From Chiloscyllium plagiosum (lineage: Eukaryota): a DNA stretch of 64,000 bases. Shown here one piece after another: positions 61,058-64,000 of this stretch (its first letter is position 1; every line of letters begins with the position of its first letter). The notes under the pieces are model-generated. The model searched no databases. It worked only from the letters and a program-made list of their open reading frames with translations, and was not told where the DNA came from. The DNA lies in the NCBI RefSeq assembly GCF_004010195.1, contig NC_057744.1:8980416-9044415 (forward strand), given 5' to 3'. Made by a program: the position numbers and the translations under genes.

Positions 61058-61481
61058 TCACCAAGTTTTCAATTCCTCTGTTGCGTTATGAACAAGAGAT
61101 ACAAGATCTTGTAGTTTTTGAACTATTTTTCCAGAGTAAGGAGCAGTTAAGTTGTAGCTTCTCTCCAAATGATGGGCAGCGCTCTGGTATAGCTGATCCA
61201 GATTATTAGTTGTGAGCCTCTGGGTCACATTGGAATGATGGAGGATTTCTTGAAGCTTCTCCAATTTCTCATGAATGGTGGCGTATCCTTCCTGTCCAAT
61301 TACTCCATGTAGCTCTTCATCAACAAACGCCAGTTTCTTCCAAACCAAAATGGTCTGGTTGAGAACCTTATCAATGAGTGGCTCCTCTTTCCATGTGAGT
61401 TCTTTTGCCAAGGTGGAAAGTTGCTTTGTTGAACTAACAACCCAGTCTTCAAGAATTCCATCAATACCTGCTATCTTTGCC
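61058..61481 (-). CDS. Apolipoprotein-like gene 3, last coding exon (upstream exons presumably beyond the window)
   Basis: Acceptor tatttctccccctacaaag|G is phase 2, and the frame is open for 424 nt to TGA. It aligns with gene 2 exon 4 (WK.E, IHE.LE.L.E.L, LD..Y..A.H..E..YN.T.P.SG). Confidence 0.8.
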
Positions 61482-61942
61482 CTTTGTAGGGGGAGAAATA
61501 ATATAGCAATGTTTTCACAACTTACATGTAAAACCGACAACACAAGAACAGGTCAATGAGACTACTTTGTCTGTGATGGTGTTTATATCCTAATCAAGGT
61601 TCCTCCCATCCTGTCTCTGTATCCCACTGTTCCATTCTGTGTCAAATAAGTAGCAAGCCCTGCCTCTGTAAAGTAATCTGTCCTTCACTTCCTCACTTAT
61701 TTTTTGATGAAAATATACAAGGGGATACACAAAGGTAAAAATTGTTGTTGACCTTTCTTTTTTGAGTGTGGGGGTAGCAATGCCAGATCTCCACCATTAC
61801 CTCCCCACCCTCTTCCCCCACCTCCAAGGCAGCATTGCTACCTCATCATTGATCTGAGCCTGTGCTGCTGAACACTCAGTGGACGGTTGAGCAGTGTGCA
61901 CTGCTGCCAGGTGGTACGGACCTCTGAAAGGCACTCTGTCCC

Positions 61943-62276
61943 ATAGAATCGTGGAATCCCTTCAGTGTGGAAACAGGCCCTTCGGCCCAACAAGTCCACA
62001 TTGACCCTCTGAAAAGAAACCCACCCAGACCCATTCCCCCTACCATATTACTCCTGAGTAATACATTTAACCTACACACCCCTGAACACTATGGGCAATT
62101 TAGCATGGTCAATTCACCTAAATTGCACATCTTTGGACTGTGGGAGGAAACAGGAGTACCCGGAGGAAACCCACAACGTGCAAACTCCACTCAGACAGTC
62201 GCCCAAGGTTGGAATCGAACCTGGGTCCCTGGCGCTGTGAGGCAGCAGTGCTAACCACTGAGCCAGTGTGCCACCC
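61943..62276 (-). mobile_element. HE1-like SINE
   Basis: Near-consensus reverse copy. Confidence 0.88.
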
Positions 62277-62950
62277 GTTGAAAGAGGAGCTGCCAACTGA
62301 CTGTTCTGGCACTGGCTATAAATAGGAGCCGCACAACAGAGCACCTGAGAAAAGAGAGGTGTCCTGGGGTCATGATGTAATGCTGAAGGCCTCAGTGGCA
62401 GACATCAATGAGAGAAATGCTGATGTTTCTATAAGAACTTGGCCGCAGAGCCACACAAAGTTTCTTCATCTCACATGGGTGGCTAATGTCAGTAACTACA
62501 CCTTCAGATAACATTTCCTATCCCATATAGCACCAACCACTTTCTTTGTCCAATGCGTTACAGCCCAAAATAACACATTAGTGTCCCCTGGCATTCATGA
62601 TTCTGGCCTCATCTCCAAATATTCCAACTCACCCCCATACACATCCTACTGATGCCAGTCTTATCTCCAGCACTCATTGTTTTGACATACCTCTGGCTTT
62701 TGAGCATAACCCAAACACTATGCAACACAATTACTACATATGCTTGCTATTGCAAGATCAGGTGCCTCATGACCATTTGGAGCTGAGCAAACCAATGAGG
62801 GATAGAGATACATGCACCTCCCTACCTCTATCAGCGTCACTAAGAACATTGAGGACAATGGTATGTTTCTGCCTTCTGCCCCATCTCAACATACATCTAT
62901 CGCACTCTTACCCTGCTCTCTGGTGTGAAGTGCAAGTTAGGGATGTTGTG

Positions 62951-63087
62951 ACATATAAAATCTACAACACAGGAACAGATCGATGAGACTGTGATGGTGT
63001 TTATATCCCATTCAAGGTTCCTCCCACCCTGTCTCTGTATCCCACTTTTCCATTATGTGTCAAATATGTAGCAAGCCCTGCCTCTGT
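62951..63087. repeat. Duplicate of gene 3 intronic segment 61524-61669
   Basis: Shared strings CTGTGATGGTGTTTATATCC, TCAAGGTTCCTCCCA.CCTGTCTCTGTATCCCACT and GTAGCAAGCCCTGCCTCTGT. Confidence 0.88.
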
Positions 63088-63373
63088 CAGAGTTTGCTTT
63101 GTATCTGAGCCCCTTCCCACAACCAATCAAGTCGCTCCTTCCAGCCATCTAAGAACAGCCACCTACCAAGTCACAGAAGGTCCAGGAGAAATGGAGTCAA
63201 CCCATCGAACAATAAGCACCAACAGCTCTGACACTGGCATTGCATGAATTCTAGAAGCTAATATAGAGTTAGGATCTGCATTCAGTGAAGTAATGGGTTC
63301 TACTGGCTGCAACCACACCAGAGAGAACTCCTAGTTTAGGAACAGGGTAACCAGAAAATGAGATGAAACTTCA

Positions 63374-63388
63374 GCTGCCCTCTAGAGG
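63374..63388 (-). promoter_or_regulatory. Candidate CTCF-binding motif
   Basis: The minus strand reads CCTCTAGAGGGCAGC, one mismatch to CCASYAGRKGGCRS. Motif match only. Confidence 0.3.
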
Positions 63389-64000
63389 CTAAGATAATGA
63401 CTGCAATGGGTAATGAACCAGAGTATACTGACGTTAGCTCCCCTGCAAGGGGGGATAAGATGATATCTTGGGTTCACTGATAAGGATGCAGAAAGAGGTC
63501 CTGGGGTATGGGCGATAGCTTCAAGTTACTGTCAAGGGGCTTGGGGATTTCCACTCCAACTTGGCAGAGGATATCACGTAGAGCTCTACCTCTCTGTAAC
63601 CTCTGCTTCATCTCTCTGTATGGCCAGAAAGATTGCTGTTGCAATGCCAACAGCTTTAGAAGCCTTTATGTGGCCATGCCACCAAATTCCCTGAGCAAAA
63701 CCCCCCACCCACCACACAATACACACCACTTCCCCTTCACTCCCAGTAGAGATGCAGGACCCTTTTCTATCACACCTATAAAAAAGTCAACTTCCTGAAA
63801 CACTCCACAGTACTACCTCTGCAAACACCCAATTTGGTCAAAATCAGTTTACTTGCAAGTTGGACAATTGGCCCTCTAACCATGCCAGTGGGGGGAATTC
63901 CCTTTTACAATGACACTCATCTTCATTGCTGAGTGACTCAACACAGCATTTCTGTGGCCCCGTATGGTCCAAAATTGGAATTCACCAGGAATGGCTGCCT

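Noticed and set aside
61482-61543. N-terminal extension MLSVLHVSCENIAILFLPLQR of the 161-aa ORF as a signal peptide
   Set aside because: It is read-through of the intron polypyrimidine tract. The true boundary is the phase-2 acceptor at 61481, matching genes 1 and 2.

Overview
This is AT-rich vertebrate genomic DNA. Its repeat content (HE1-type tRNA SINEs, HER1/CR1 LINEs, Deu-type SINEs, Penelope-like elements, Rex1/Babar, RTE) points to a cartilaginous fish, most likely a shark; that assignment is inference. Most ORFs in the six-frame track are retroelement debris. Among them is a minus-strand tandem cluster of at least three highly diverged secreted genes with the exon architecture of the exchangeable apolipoprotein family (APOA1/APOA4/APOE-like): a putative non-coding exon 1, a 43-nt signal-peptide exon, a phase-1 intron, a short exon 3, a phase-2 intron and a large helical exon 4. 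Gene 1 is 200 aa (CDS 27193-27151, 25103-25010, 20301-19836). Gene 2 is 217 aa (43811-43769, 40981-40828, 36447-35991). Only the last exon of gene 3 is in the window (61481-61058). All three proteins lack cysteine and carry 3-4 N-glycosylation sequons, and all three genes share a 3'UTR/ATTAAA motif. Genes 1 and 2 also share a GTTAATAAA core-promoter motif at the same distance from the exon-1 donor. Other notable items are fold-back Penelope-type elements with minimal hammerhead cores, Penelope fragments flanked by 12-38 bp direct repeats, and several local duplications. Repeat boundaries are approximate and were read by eye.
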